64,000 bases of DNA from Ptychomitrium polyphyllum (lineage: Eukaryota), in contig OZ316775.1 in assembly GCA_973851085.1 (NCBI GenBank), forward strand, positions 11,780,001-11,844,000. Reading direction: 5' to 3'. This document shows positions 51,550-64,000 of the stretch, one piece after another. The notes beneath the pieces were generated by a model. The model was not told where the DNA came from. It made no database searches and was given only the letters and a program-made list of their open reading frames with translations. A program made the translations under genes and the position numbers. The first letter of the stretch is position 1. Each line of letters opens with the position of its first letter.

Positions 51550-53816
51550 ATGGGGAGCTTAAGCATTTGTCGAGATACGGTTGCTGCAATTGCACAGAGT
51601 CAGACCTTCAATTCTTGTAACAATGTGACAAGAGTTTCGTCTCGTCGTGTTTCCCGAAGTTTATTGAATTCGTTGCCTCGCGGGTTTGCTGACTACTCCT
51701 CTCAGAGCTCGCTGTATATTGGTAGAAGCAAGAGTTTGAAATTGGCGTGTAGAGATGTTGGCGCGTATTTGGTGAAATTGGACGGACGGAGGGGGAGGAT
51801 TGTGTGTGCTAAGGGTAGTGACAATGGAAGTCCTCGACCTGAGTACAGGTTTCCTCTTTGACCTTGTTGTGTTTCCTTACTTTGTGTGGATGCCTTTCAT
51901 TATTAAATTATATCGTAAATTTGGTCACCTAAGATGGACGAATAGAAAAAGAAGGAATGATATTGCAGGATTGTTTTATTATAGTTTCCAGCTGTGAATT
52001 TATTTTGACATTGGAATTCTATGCTCCTTGGTAGTTAATATTGCGGCTGACGGCCATTTGCATCGCGTTTGTCGACGATATAAGTTTGGAGTTATCCGGA
52101 TAAGATGATGCTTTCATTGCATTTAAAAAGCACAGGATTAGGGTAATCAGTTAGATGCTCTCCTGTTCTCATTGCTCTCTCCTTGAAGCCAATCTATCAT
52201 GCATCTAGCTGTTTCAGAGGGTGATTCTCACGCATATATTTGACCGAATTCAAAGTGCAGTGCGGATGCAAAGATGCGGAGCGAAGTCATTGCACCTTTC
52301 CGTGCACTTCGAATGTTTTTCTATAGTGCATTTATGGCAAGTGGAGGTGTCGGTGGTCTGATCGCCATCACTCGGTTAATTGCATCTTTGAACAACGCAC
52401 CAGGTGCAGAGGCCCCTATTGAGATCGCCAAGGGTTTAGCGATCGACTTTGGAGCAGTATTGATCTTCGCTTTGCTGTACAGGTCATTTTATCTCGCCGC
52501 ACAGAACTACTGTTGCATATTTCTATATCATCGTGGCTCTTGTAGCGGGACTTTCAATTCTATTGTTTTACACCCGATCTTTTCCAGAATTAGATACCAA
52601 AGAGAAGGCAATTGAAACTTGTGGTCACTGACGTAGCTCACGTCTACAGGTCAGACGCGAAAGCGAGGGACAAAGCATTAGCCAAGATTGGTAGGGAAGA
52701 GAATTTGTCGAATTTACGACTTGAGCTTAGCAATAAGAAAGTAGTGACCATTGGTCAATTGCGAGGAGCTTCACGCATTGTCATTCTTGCTGGTCCAGGG
52801 TCTTATATAGAAGAGGCTCTTAGGCAGAGTGAACCTTATAAGAAGGATCTCCTCGAGCGCGGGGTTTTGGTGGCTGCTTATGCAACAGACGGGGCCACTA
52901 TTGGAAATGACAGCTTGACTCCTCCCTCTTCAACAACTCCACCTAGTATGCTATCTGCTCGCCCTTCGTCCTTAAATCAATGTCTCAGTTCAATCCTATA
53001 TGGATTTATAGTTGACCAATCTCTTTGGTGCAGGTAATACTGAAGGTTCAACCGAGTTAAACCAGTCGGTTGCTTTGGCCGGCCTTGAGAAAAAATGGAG
53101 AGCGACGCCGATCTACACAACAGAGTGGGGGAGGTACGCATTAGGGCTGTCTCAAGAACATGGTTATTTTTTTATGTCGTTTAGTCTAGTATGTGAATAC
53201 TCTATTGGAGTGACTTACAACTGGCGCCATCGTCCTTCTGAATCTTCTTGCAGTGGAGTTTTACTTTGCAAAATAGATTTTTGATACCGCGATAAACAGG
53301 AATGTCGCTCCTTTGCCATAAGAAGAATGTACATACACGATGTCACTTTATAGTTTTGTTTGAGTTTAGCGTCTAGATAAAGCCGATTGAGGTCTGTGTT
53401 TGCAGTATCAGCACTGAGGAGATGCCGTTAAGGACACACTGTAACTGCAAATCTAAGAAAACAATATTATCTCACATACAAGCTTTGTGGCTTACAGGTG
53501 GATAAACGACCAGAAGAAACTCGCAAATGTTTCACCTGACCAATCAGTGTAAGTTCATTAATGCGATGACTGTTTCTCCACTCCTTAGGATACCATATTC
53601 ATGTCCAATCCTCTGAAGCTTGACAATTTTCTGAATAAAGTTTACTGCTGATTAATCAAATGCAATTGATGCTGTAGGTATGTGTCTTTGCGATTGGATG
53701 GAAGAGTACGTGGAAGTGGAGTTGGTATTCCTTCTTGGCAAGCCATGGCTAGGCAATTACCACCTATCAAGGGTATTTGGGGAGGTGTTTTTGATGGGAT
53801 GGATGGCAGAGTGTGA
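51550..53816 (+). CDS. LPA1-like (DUF3493) chloroplast thylakoid protein without TPRs; exons 51550-51848, 52261-52482, ~52651-52945, 53034-53133, 53498-53548, 53679-53816
   Basis: Ser/Arg-rich transit-peptide-like exon 1; RSEVIAPFRALRMFFYSAFMASG with two hydrophobic helices; REENLSNLRL; C-terminus YVSLRLDGRVRGSGVGIPSW...LPPIKGIWGGVFDGMDGRV*. Confidence 0.88.
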
Positions 53817-56800
53817 CATCACCCGGAGAAACATCACCCAACCTATTTTCCTCATTTCCACGTGTAGTACCAGATAGTTCAGAGGCGTCTAGACGCGGAG
53901 AGCAACTCTCTTATATCGTTTCCTTGGGCCGGCATTGTGATCTGTAAGGAAGTGCTCTGCTGTGCAAACCTTACCCCAATCGATGATCTTAATAAGTTGT
54001 AGCTCTATGACTTCATTGTGACATGCTAGATCATGATTTGGCAGACTGTTTTGCTTTATGTATGATTTGCTGTTACGCTTTTCGATGCAGCTGCCGTTGT
54101 ATGGTTTGGATTCTGGCACGTATTATTGCAGGAACTGGTTGACCGATAGGTGAACGGCAGAGCCTCGATTTTCAGTATAGAAAATTTAGACCAGGTTGTT
54201 TCCGAAACTGGAAAATTTAGCTTCGTTGTTTTTCAAGTGTTACTAGTAGCGGAGGTTAGTGCCACTCAAGTCACATGAAAGATTATATTATTACCGAACA
54301 GGGCGTCATATTGATCCTATTATGAAGTGTAAAAAGTCTAAAACTCATTCAATTGTCTACAGTACCGAGTAACGTTGCATCAGCAGTTCATTTGCGTATC
54401 CTCTGTTTATATATGTATCTGATAATGCAAGAAAGCACTTTATCAAGTTGACGGAAAATATGTTTCGAGAACATGAGTCTGCACTGCCCCTCAACTGCTG
54501 CTGCCTGAATTGCAAAACCCTCACATGCAATCTCAACGGCAAAGGAAGCTGTACGTTGACTCTTACATCTATTTATTTTATTTATTTAACATGTCAGGGC
54601 GCAGGGGAAATTGTGGAATAAATTCTGGACCCCTGAGGTTCTTTATGATATTATCATAGGCTAAGGAGTGCATCTAGGGATGTAATTCTTATGAATCATT
54701 GTATAGAAATATAATAAAAGGCCAATGAAATAAAGTAGTTATTAGAGGTTATTGGTGTACCACGTAGTAATATATTTTGCTTGAGTGACCACTCTTATAG
54801 ATAACTATGCTATGTTCTTTTTTATTAATATGCAGTCTAACTTTAAGTAAGGATTTAACATTTTGAAAGTAATGGGCACCAAAGTTTTAGCCTAATAATT
54901 AATTGTCTATTTTCAAATTTCTTTTTGCAATTATTTTATAATGAATATTAGAATTGTTACTTTCATGTGATAACCAAGATTTATTGTTAATTTTAACTTG
55001 TATTTGTTTAATGCAATTATCTAAATTGAATTATTGAGTTTTGTTTCTTAATATAATTACTTTTAAAGCTATGATTTAAAAAAACTCACAAGTTTTAGAT
55101 TATTAGCTTTATTTTGTATTCTTGCAACAATTGAAAGTCACTATCTGTTAAACAATTTTTTGCTTTTTCAAAAGTTGATCCACTAATATTTCATCATTAG
55201 TAAGAATAATAAAGTCATTTGCATATTAAAAAAGGAAAAATGATTTTATTTACTAGATTTTGCTAAAAAAAAATTTATGGGCTTGTTTTTCACTTATTCT
55301 ATTCATTTAGGATTAGTCATAGTGGCCTAATGTTTGCAAATTATTCTATTATTTAAGCTTGGAAAAGAAAGGTTTTGTAATTAAAGGACTTATCACAAAG
55401 GGCTTTTCTTAATTCTAACATAACCACCTTAATATTGCAAATTAAGTAGGAATGGTTTATTTTGCAATAAAGAATATAAATGCCTTGGATTCAAAGTGCA
55501 TATATAGTGTGGCATATTAGTTGAATTTATTTAGTATTGAAAGGCCAAAGTGCATAAATCATAAAAAGAATTAAGTTAAAGAACTTAAAAGCCAAATATA
55601 TTTGCAAAGCTAATCTTTTTTTTATTGAGAACCAACACAATTTTATTATGTTGATTAATAAATCATTAGATGATTCTACAAATATAACAATTGTATATAG
55701 AACACATTATAATTCACTAACGTTTAATTTATATGGCAAAATATTTCATATTCAATTCAAAAATAATTATGAAATTAACATTTTATAATAAAAACTAGAT
55801 TACATATAATTAAGAACATCTATAAATCTTTTAATATATACACTTTTGACGCAATACATTTGATTAGATTGATCAACATTAGATATGATAGTGCCATAAA
55901 GATACAATAAGATGAATTAAAAACCTAGTATTATGAATAACCATTGATGCGTGAAATCAATAATTAATCTAAATTAGCAAATGGTTGTTTTTAAAAAACA
56001 CTATTGCTTTAAAAAAACAATTTTTTTTGCATAATGATGACAAAAAATGTTAAAGAAAAAATATGCATTTTCATATTTTGGCTCTTTGTATCAAATTAAC
56101 ACTATATTTCTATAAACCACTTTTATTTTAATTCATTTGATTATGCAAAAAAAATTCCATTTTACAAAACAAAATCAATTTGATCCTCCTAATAATATGA
56201 TTTTCAATTTAACATCTTGGAATATAATTGATAGATATATAATAGAGGAAGATATAAATATAAAAATCAGCTTTGAAAAAGATTGCATTTTAGAATATGG
56301 AATAAAAATACTTATTTAAATATAAAAGTTTGAAACTATTCAAATTGAAGAGTTTAAAGCTTCTATGCTAAATCTTAATGAAACCTATCCACTTTATTTG
56401 TTAATCATACATAGTATGAAAGAGTTTATAGTTTTAAATATGATGTTTCTAACCTTTGTTTGTCTTTATAACCTATATGTATGTCATATTAGAAAGTGTA
56501 CTTTTAAATTTAGAATTAAAAAAGAAAGATTTTTTTGCAAGAAAAAACAACTTGTTTCATTCCAAAATTATAAAAACTACAGGTAATAGCTACAAGAATA
56601 GCCAAGATAGGTAATAAAACTTCAAATTAAGTTATTTGATATATTTTATTTATATATTTAAAATATACATTTTACAGCATACAAACCATCCAATATAAAT
56701 TCTACATTTAAATTTGTTGAATCCATTAAGGATGCATGTCTAATATATAATTAAAGCTCAAATTATTAAATTAGCTTTAATTCAAAGAATTTATAATCTA

Positions 56801-57296
56801 TGGTATTTAAAAAAAAAATCCAAAAGTGCTTTAAAATGATAATATGCTACACAAATTCCTTGTATATTCTTGACGTCTTACTATAAAATATGTTTGAAGA
56901 TAGAACATAGGTTATATGCTTATTTTACAAAGACCCTGATGCAATTGCAAGAAGCACGATGAAAAAATCAAAATTTAATATAATCTTGAGATTTATATTT
57001 GAATTTTGCTAGAATTTGGTGTCATTAGAAATATATCATTTCTCCCTATACAAAAAAACTTATTTGATTCTTTAAACATAATTATTTATTTTAAGATTTC
57101 TCTTTTTATTTAAATAAAAATTTAAATAAAATAGTAACATGCCAACATTTGGTATTGCACAAGCACATCCGGATATCACACAAGTATCAACTCACCCGGC
57201 CAGACCATCTATAGAATATTGTGACATATACTTGGAATATCTTCCTACTTAAGCGCCTGTGAAGAATCTTATGCCTCCTGATATTCCCTTCGGAAA

Positions 57297-57461
57297 CGAA
57301 ACTTCGTCGTCTTCCGTCGGTCAGAAGAACCATCCAGAAGGCTCCGGACGGAACCAGAGATCTCTCGAAGGACGCCGCTACTTACCGCAGGTCGGCAGAC
57401 ATTCTAGTCTCTTCGAGAGACTTCGAGTGTCGTCGAGCACCCACCTGGCTTTGCATTAATA
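57297..57461 (+). promoter_or_regulatory. Heat-shock-element-rich promoter with TATA-like box
   Basis: cGAAacTTCg at about 57297; TTCtaGtCtcTTCgaGAgacTTC (TTC every 10 bp) at about 57402-57424; ATTAATA at about 57455, upstream of an HSP20 frame. Confidence 0.6.
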
Positions 57462-57687
57462 CAACACACCTGCGTTCGCTCTCGACAATTCATGTTACGC
57501 GAGAAATCATCGCCGTTCTTGAGAATATATTCATTTCCTAACAAGCACACCTCGAGATCTCATCAAGCAACTTCTTCTCTAGCGCTCAAATTAGAACTGA
57601 AGTTGCTAGGCGACCTTTGATCTCAAGATAGTATTGGAGTTGGTCGTCTTTGTTTGGAGCCGATTCTGTAATTAAACAGTGACAGCG

Positions 57688-58242
57688 ATGGCACTCTAAT
57701 CGATTTTCGGGGGCCGGGGTAACCTTTGGAACGCACCCGAGCCTGTGGAGGTAATGGTGACGCTATTCGACGACGCACCGGCGAGCTCGTTCTCACGAGA
57801 CGCGCGGGCCGTGGCGATCACGAAAGTGGATTGGAAGGAGACGCCGGTGGAGCACGTCTTCAAGGCCGACCTGCCGGGGTTGGGCAAGGAGGACGTGCAC
57901 GTGCAGGTTGAGGACGGGCGGACGCTGAGCATCAGTGGGCAGCGCAAGTAGGAGGAGGTGCAGAAGACGGATACCTGGCTCCGTGCGGAGCGCAGCAGCG
58001 GCCTCTTCGTGCGCAAGTTTCACCTCCCGGAGAATGCCAATTTGGATCACATCACCGCCAAGGTTGACAGCGGCGTCCTGACCGTGGTGGTGCCAAAGCT
58101 GGAGAAGAAGAAACTGGAGACGCGTCGCATCGACATTGATGATGGATCATCACAGCCGGCTACAATCACTCATGATGACAAGCCCGGAGAAGGAACCGAG
58201 CCGCAAAATCGCGCAGCCAATTCTGCTCAACTTCACCAATAA
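57688..58242 (+). pseudogene. Cytosolic class I small heat-shock protein (HSP20) with two in-frame stops
   Basis: A single frame reads MAL*SIFGGRG...[19 protein letters not shown]...[36 protein letters not shown]...GVLTVVVPK. TAA at 57697-57699 and TAG at 57949-57951. Confidence 0.88.
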
Positions 58243-59007
58243 ACACATCATCCAGCCTCATCAGTGATGATTAACTTTGCACCACTTGATCATACTGACA
58301 AAGTTGTACTTTGTAATTTACCTGATATGGCGACGAAGAATATAGATTTGCACACAGCTTTGTACAGATGGCACAGAATAACAACATACTTTCACGTAGG
58401 TTGTGAAGAAGAACATCAACTGTTTACGTCAACTTGGTGTATATTTGCATAATTAAAACACAGACAAAGTCAGTAACTGCTCAATTCGGGACTGCTCCAT
58501 GATTGTTGCTTTGTCAAGCGGCTATTACATGATCTGTATTTGCACTAGGATCAAACAACGGCTAATCTATGTGTATTCATTTGTTTTTAAAAGGAATAGC
58601 TTGTGTTCCCAAAATGAGTAATGCCAGTACCTTGTTGAATCTCTCCGTGCAATTCGCTGCCTCGAATGCTGTGATTCTCTTCAGTAAAAGGGGAACCAGT
58701 TTTCCTTGCTCTGTCACGACGGACTTTGAGAGGTCCCTTGCGTCTTCCGGACAAACGTCATCAGTTTTCGCTATGCCGTCTGTGCAACTTCTCATGATAG
58801 TTTTCTGCACCTGGCCGCTAATTCAAACAGAGCTCAAACCATCGAGAGAACGATAGAACCAGAACCTGAGTAACAGACTGCTTTCCACGATGAACATTTG
58901 CATTTAATCCAGCGAATAGCTCAAATCCAATAGAGAAGTAGCGCTTTAGTACATTTGTCATGCATAATTCTGTTTGGGATTAATTTGGGTCCCTCGGACA
59001 GAGGAGC

Positions 59008-59202
59008 AGGGCTGCGCCAAACAAGGACCTAGTGCAATACCAAGGCGACGCGAGCGGGGCCCGGGCAGCAAGCTGCCCTACGGAACCCGCACCCTAGAGA
59101 AATTAGATTAATATCATGAGGGACAATATCCCTCGTATCAGATATTAAACTGATAAGAACAGATACTACACTTGATCTTAGCCAAAAGGCCGAGAAAGGT
59201 AT
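59008..59202 (-). ncRNA. U2: U2 spliceosomal snRNA (variant 3' half)
   Basis: The reverse complement begins AUACCUUUCUCGGCCUUUUGGCUAAGAUCAAGUGUAGUAUCUGUUCUUAUCAGUUUAAUAUCUGAUA (branch-point recognition GUAGUA intact). It also shows stem IIb GAGGGA/UCCCUC, stem III and loop IV AUUGCAC. The 3' end is approximate. Confidence 0.95.
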
Positions 59203-59224
59203 GCCTTCGAACCTACGTCTCGTC

Positions 59225-59272
59225 TTTTTTATGCCCCCTCACCCCCTGCGCTGCCTCCTATCCATATGGGGC
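59225..59272 (-). promoter_or_regulatory. Putative snRNA promoter: USE-like GCCCCATATGG (about -70 to -60) and TATA-like CATAAAAAA (about -31 to -23)
   Basis: Position and partial similarity to the angiosperm USE RTCCCACATCG upstream of U2. Confidence 0.5.
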
Positions 59273-60788
59273 AGCGCCCTCGATCTCCTCCCTTCCAAAC
59301 ACCCTCTGACTTCGGCCCCTTGCGGCACTCTTATGCTTCTCCTCTTCTCTTTGCCGGGCTCTCAAAAAGAGACTCACTCCGTCGCACACAGCACTACCAT
59401 GCTGCAACCACCATGACATGATGAATCTCCTCCCGTTTGAGTTCCTACCCCAGCAGGAGGTTTTCATCTACCATGCACGATGTGCAGATACTTTACTGGT
59501 GCAAGGAAAATACTTCAGACTGAACGTTCGTGAGCAGGGAACGAGCTTGACGTTTGGAAACCAAGCAGGTATTCGCATTGTACCTGGAGGGTGGCAGATA
59601 GATAATTCGAAGCCTTGCGTTCATAATTCACAACAGCACCGAACTAAGTGCGGTCTCTACTTCTCATTTCTCTAAACTCGCAACAGCACCGAAATTTCCT
59701 GAAGATTTATAACCAACGTACAGTAGTCGACCTCCATCAACTCCAAGTTCTGATTTAGCATCACTTGATTCTGAATGAACCAGGGTATGGAGAACCACTA
59801 AATGACTGCAGACATTGTATGTACCCCTCCATTTCAAGCTCAAAGGTATGCAAAGCTTTCCAAAAAGCGCAGCACTTCTCATTAAATAACACCAGCAGCA
59901 GAATGGCCGTCTGTTTATAAGATTTGCTGAGAAATATCCGACATATCGGTATGCCAATGAGCCTGTCACACTTATCTGAAGCACAAAACTTAGAACAGAG
60001 GAGCGACTCGTCCATCACCAGTAATTCCAAGTAAATAAATATTATTAAAAAACTGCATGGGTCTGCGTGTCACTAAAATTGCTGATTGCATAGCTAGTGG
60101 GAAATTGAAGGTTTTTCTTTAGGAAACCTTTATAGCGTTAGAACGACAAAGATTATTACGAGTCGACATGGACGAAGGATTCAGTCGAGATGCTCCCAAG
60201 TTACAGCATTTAATTTTTGTACTCTTTCTTACTACGTATAGTAACTAATACGTGAAGCAGCTTCATACATGGCATAACCACCAACTGTTATTCAGTAACC
60301 ACCTGATATATCGGATAAGCTTTAAGAACAACTCGGAATAAGTAGTTCCCTTCTCAGTTGATAGGTACCACAGCCCAGTTAAGAAGCGCATGGTTAAGCC
60401 AAGCCTTCGCCCTTCAAACAAGTGCCTCTTCTCCATCTCTCTCCACATAACGTTTCCATGCCAGCCTTCTTTGGATTCCTGCTGAAGAAATTTGAGACTA
60501 TGCTTCCTGAGTGTCTGTTAGTGTTCTCAGGCACGTTTCTGATGTTTATTACAATGTGGCACACTAACGCTGAATTCATTGCAGTTCTAGGGCAAGTTAT
60601 GAAACACACGCACATGAGCATTAGCAGAGCGAGAGAGAGCATGCATTAGCGGGTTCACTTGAACAAGCTAGCGAGCTGTATTACAATTGAACAGGTGAAA
60701 ATAAATAAATTTGACGGATGAATGGTTTGAAGTTGTAACCAGGGTGTGACAAGAACATACCCAGGCATTACTTATCTGCTTAGCAAGT

Positions 60789-61751
60789 ATGATGAACACA
60801 TCCCCAGAAGAAATGGGATTTGCAGGAGTAGTGGGGATCTGCAGCGAGGCTCTGAAAATCCTGCGATCATACACACGCCACTTCCTCAACATGGCTGGAA
60901 CTCTGGTGCTTCCCCTCAGAATCTTCCTGCTCTCCCACAGCTTAGCATCTGATCCCTTGCTACACAAACTGGCCAAAATGGGGCGAAATCAGCAACGGAT
61001 GGATGCAGAGTTTGTAGGTCTCTATCTGGTCGCGGTATTGTATCTCATTTTCGTGCTGGCGTTATCTTTGTTTGCAACGGCAGCCATTGTATACAGCGTG
61101 GCGTGCATTTATACAGGAAAGGGGTTATCGTACATGAAGGTGATAAGAGTGGTTCCCAGGGTCTGGAGCCGGCTCATGAACACGTTTCTATGGGCACACA
61201 TCTTGTTGTCATTTTACTACGCCTCATTCATGACACTGCTGCTGGCGTTGCTGTTCATTCAAGAAACAAGTAGAGTGAGTATGACTCTTCTCATGATTCC
61301 ATTGGGGCTTGTCTTCAATGTGTTCTTGGTCCACTTCAACCTAGTGTGGTCTCTAGCGAGCGTGGTCTCTGTCCTGGAAGATACAAAAGGAGTGAGCGCC
61401 ATGAAGAGGAGCAACATCCTCATCGCAGGCAAGAGGTTGGCGGGATTCTACTTGTTTTGCATTTATGCGACTTGCATTATTGGAATACTGGGCTTGTTTG
61501 GAGGCCTGGCGACACAGAGCAAGGTGGGGAGAGTCTTCCTGGGCGCGCTTCTGTTGGTGTCGTGGATAGCAGTGACGCTGGTAGCGATTGTGATTCAGAG
61601 CATCTTCTACTTCGTCTGCAAGTCTTATCACCAAGAAAGCATCGATCGGTCAGCATTGTCTGAGAAATTGGATGGCTACCTAGGGGATTACATGCCCCTC
61701 AGGGGCCCTATGTCATTCGGAGCTCTGGATGCCGAGCTAGAAGAGATTTGA
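60789..61751 (+). CDS. Single-exon 320-aa multi-pass membrane protein of a conserved, uncharacterised plant family (At4g19950/At5g44860-like)
   Basis: Long open frame with about 6 hydrophobic segments and family motifs TAAIVYSVACIYTGK, VVPRVWSRL, WSLASVVSVLE, FYFVCKSYHQESID and GYLGDYMPL. Confidence 0.88.
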   Translation: MMNTSPEEMGFAGVVGICSEALKILRSYTRHFLNMAGTLVLPLRIFLLSHSLASDPLLHKLAKMGRNQQRMDAEFVGLYLVAVLYLIFVLALSLFATAAIVYSVACIYTGKGLSYMKVIRVVPRVWSRLMNTFLWAHILLSFYYASFMTLLLALLFIQETSRVSMTLLMIPLGLVFNVFLVHFNLVWSLASVVSVLEDTKGVSAMKRSNILIAGKRLAGFYLFCIYATCIIGILGLFGGLATQSKVGRVFLGALLLVSWIAVTLVAIVIQSIFYFVCKSYHQESIDRSALSEKLDGYLGDYMPLRGPMSFGALDAELEEI

Positions 61752-64000
61752 AATAGTAAAAAGAAAATTAATCTGGGAGACGAAGTGCACAACCTTATGA
61801 CTGCAGTTAAGAAAACAAAACAAGGCAGAAATCGGATCTGAGTACCTGAAATGGTAAATGATAACGTGGAGAGAGATAACCTGCAACCGGTCACATCCTT
61901 CGTTTTATACAGCTATCCCACCTCCGGATATGTGTAGCTCAAGTGCATAAGACGGTTCTGCCTCGCTGAGACTGAATATGCCGTGGCCTTCTTCGAGATC
62001 TCTTGCACGAGTTACTGTGTCATCGATGAATTTAAAAAATCGTTTATCGACGACATAGTAGATCGTACAAGTAACCTTGAAAGAGAACCTGATTTGAGAG
62101 AAATGACGTCGATAAACAGCTGGTAAGATCTGCAATCATCAAGCTGTTTCATGTTGCCAGAGGGAGTTAGATAAATCGAACCACAGGGAACATCTAGATT
62201 AACACTCCAAGTTGATGATGCAACCAAGATCAAAGCTCAAATTGCGGTCATAATACTGGATACAACCCAGGATAACCAGCAACTTCATATACAATGTTCT
62301 ACTACTGGAATTTATGATCGTAAAATCAGCATATAAACATTCTCAACCTAAATAAATGTAGTTTATCAAAATTCCGTTCGTGATGTGATGGTCCGTACCG
62401 AAACATCCCAAAACATGAGGCAGTCCTACAACTTCTTTCATGCTTTTACATTATCAGTCCCTAAACTAGTTCCCATTTACCAAGGATCGTTTAGTGAGAT
62501 GGTCACAAAACTTAATCGTGCAGTATGATCTCGATTAAAAACTTCGAACATGAGCTATTCCTTCTGCTTCTCCACTTCCAACAATAACAGTCAGAGCAAC
62601 TAAAGAGAAACGGACTCTTAACTTCTGAACATTGAAGACCTTGTGGAAGTGGTTCTTGGAGACTTTTTCTGTCGACTCTCAAGAGCTCATTTAGAGCTAC
62701 ACTTTCCAAGTAGCGAGCCAGAAAGATGAACTGTAACGAATAAACTAAACTTACTATTTACCATACGCTACACACATAAGGCAGAGAAACAAAATAACTT
62801 CAAGCTGCGACAAAATGCTTCAGAAACAACACTGAAGCATTTTGTCACAGAAACAATGAAGTCAATCCCCCAGTCTGAAACCCTCATTCAAGAAAATGAA
62901 ATCAAGAATAAGAGAACAAGCACGAGTTGCTTCACTTTGGTCGTATCTTACCACCAACGCATAATATAAGATTGCCCAATCTCGAGCCCTGAAGAGGAGT
63001 AACGGAGTGACAAAACCCCCTACCGTAGCTAAGCATTCATAATCGCCTCATAAAAACGATGCTCAAACACACATCCTTCAGTCTCCAACACTCGTAACCC
63101 AGATTCGTCAAACTAATCGAACTCCCCACCTCCGTGGCACATTCCTTAAGCAAGAGCGCAGGACAGCACCAAAAAACAGTAACAAGGAAATGGCAATTCG
63201 CTTGTGACAGCGATACTGAAAGATTTGTTGCAAAACGCGCGAGAGCCCTTCATTCTTCTCCTGCTTCACTCCTCTTCTTTTGAACGCAGTACCCACATCC
63301 TCTGGCGCGTTCTCCCTTCCTCAAAACGCAATCCAACTCGCCGTCTCTCCGCTCTTTTCTTTGCAATCCAAAAATTCACTGCAATCACAGTAAGTACAGA
63401 GAATGCCAATCGTTTCGTGAGCTCCTATTGCTGCGACGCACTCTGACGATGATTTTCACCGAGAGGTGAGTGTGCTCCCACGGCCGCTTTCATGCTTCTC
63501 TCCAAAAGTTTCTGTTTGCCAAGCTCCAACTCTGAAATGCCCAGATCGCATACACCTTAGCCAGCTATACCCTCATCATACCCACATATTCCCAGCTATC
63601 CGAGCCCTACCGTGGTGATACCATGGCACACTACGCTTCGGAAGCACTGGATTGGTGGGCCGACGTTATCCTGAAAGGCCAAGTGGAACCTGATTCTCCA
63701 CTTTGCACTGCCACCCCAGTTTCTGCACACTTGGAGCTAGACTTGCGCTTCCTCACTAACAATCCCACCCAAAGAGCTTCTCCTGCTCGTCAGGGCTTTC
63801 CTTCCTCTTTGCTGCAATGGCGACATCGATCGCTTTTCGCACTTCTGCATGCCTGCGAACAGGTACTTCCCTAGAGGAAAACTTTGCAACGCTGGGTTTC
63901 GTCCGACCTGCGGCATTGGCCATGCCTGCATATAATGGCAAATTCGTCACGAGAGGGGCGGTTCACAGGGGTGGCGATTCTAGGCGGATGGCTGTGACTG

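Noticed and set aside
54600..57100. AT-rich block with short ORFs
   Set aside because: Likely eroded repeat DNA with no assignable motif.
60625..60645. GAGAGAGAGCATGC resembling miR535
   Set aside because: Only a partial match in a GA repeat, with no fold-back partner.
63623..63874. 83-aa ORF at the window end
   Set aside because: No recognisable domain; cannot be evaluated without downstream sequence.

Overview
Eukaryotic, intron-rich land-plant DNA that looks like a moss. This is inferred from the gene families and the very AT-rich decayed intergenic DNA; Physcomitrium or a relative is likely but cannot be proven here. Five intact protein genes lie on the + strand: a NOM1/Sgd1-like MIF4G-MA3 nucleolar protein, mitochondrial ribosomal protein uL4, an AIRP2-like RING E3 ligase, an LPA1-like thylakoid protein and a single-exon 320-aa membrane protein. 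There are several relics: a Ty3/gypsy element, a two-exon xylulose kinase fragment, a tandem pair of decayed protein kinases and an HSP20 gene with two nonsense codons. RNA genes invisible to the ORF track are a minus-strand U2 snRNA (59008-59202) and a minus-strand polycistronic box C/D snoRNA locus (about 49740-50600) with clear U31 and U51 orthologues plus a candidate orphan C/D RNA. The most interesting unexplained signals are that snoRNA locus, a 38-bp pre-miRNA-like hairpin antisense to it, a variant Sm site and stem-loop IV in U2, an 86-bp element shared by the NOM1 promoter and a structured uL4 intron, and a uORF ahead of the RING ligase. All identifications come from reading the sequence and from remembered family or rRNA motifs, not from database searches.
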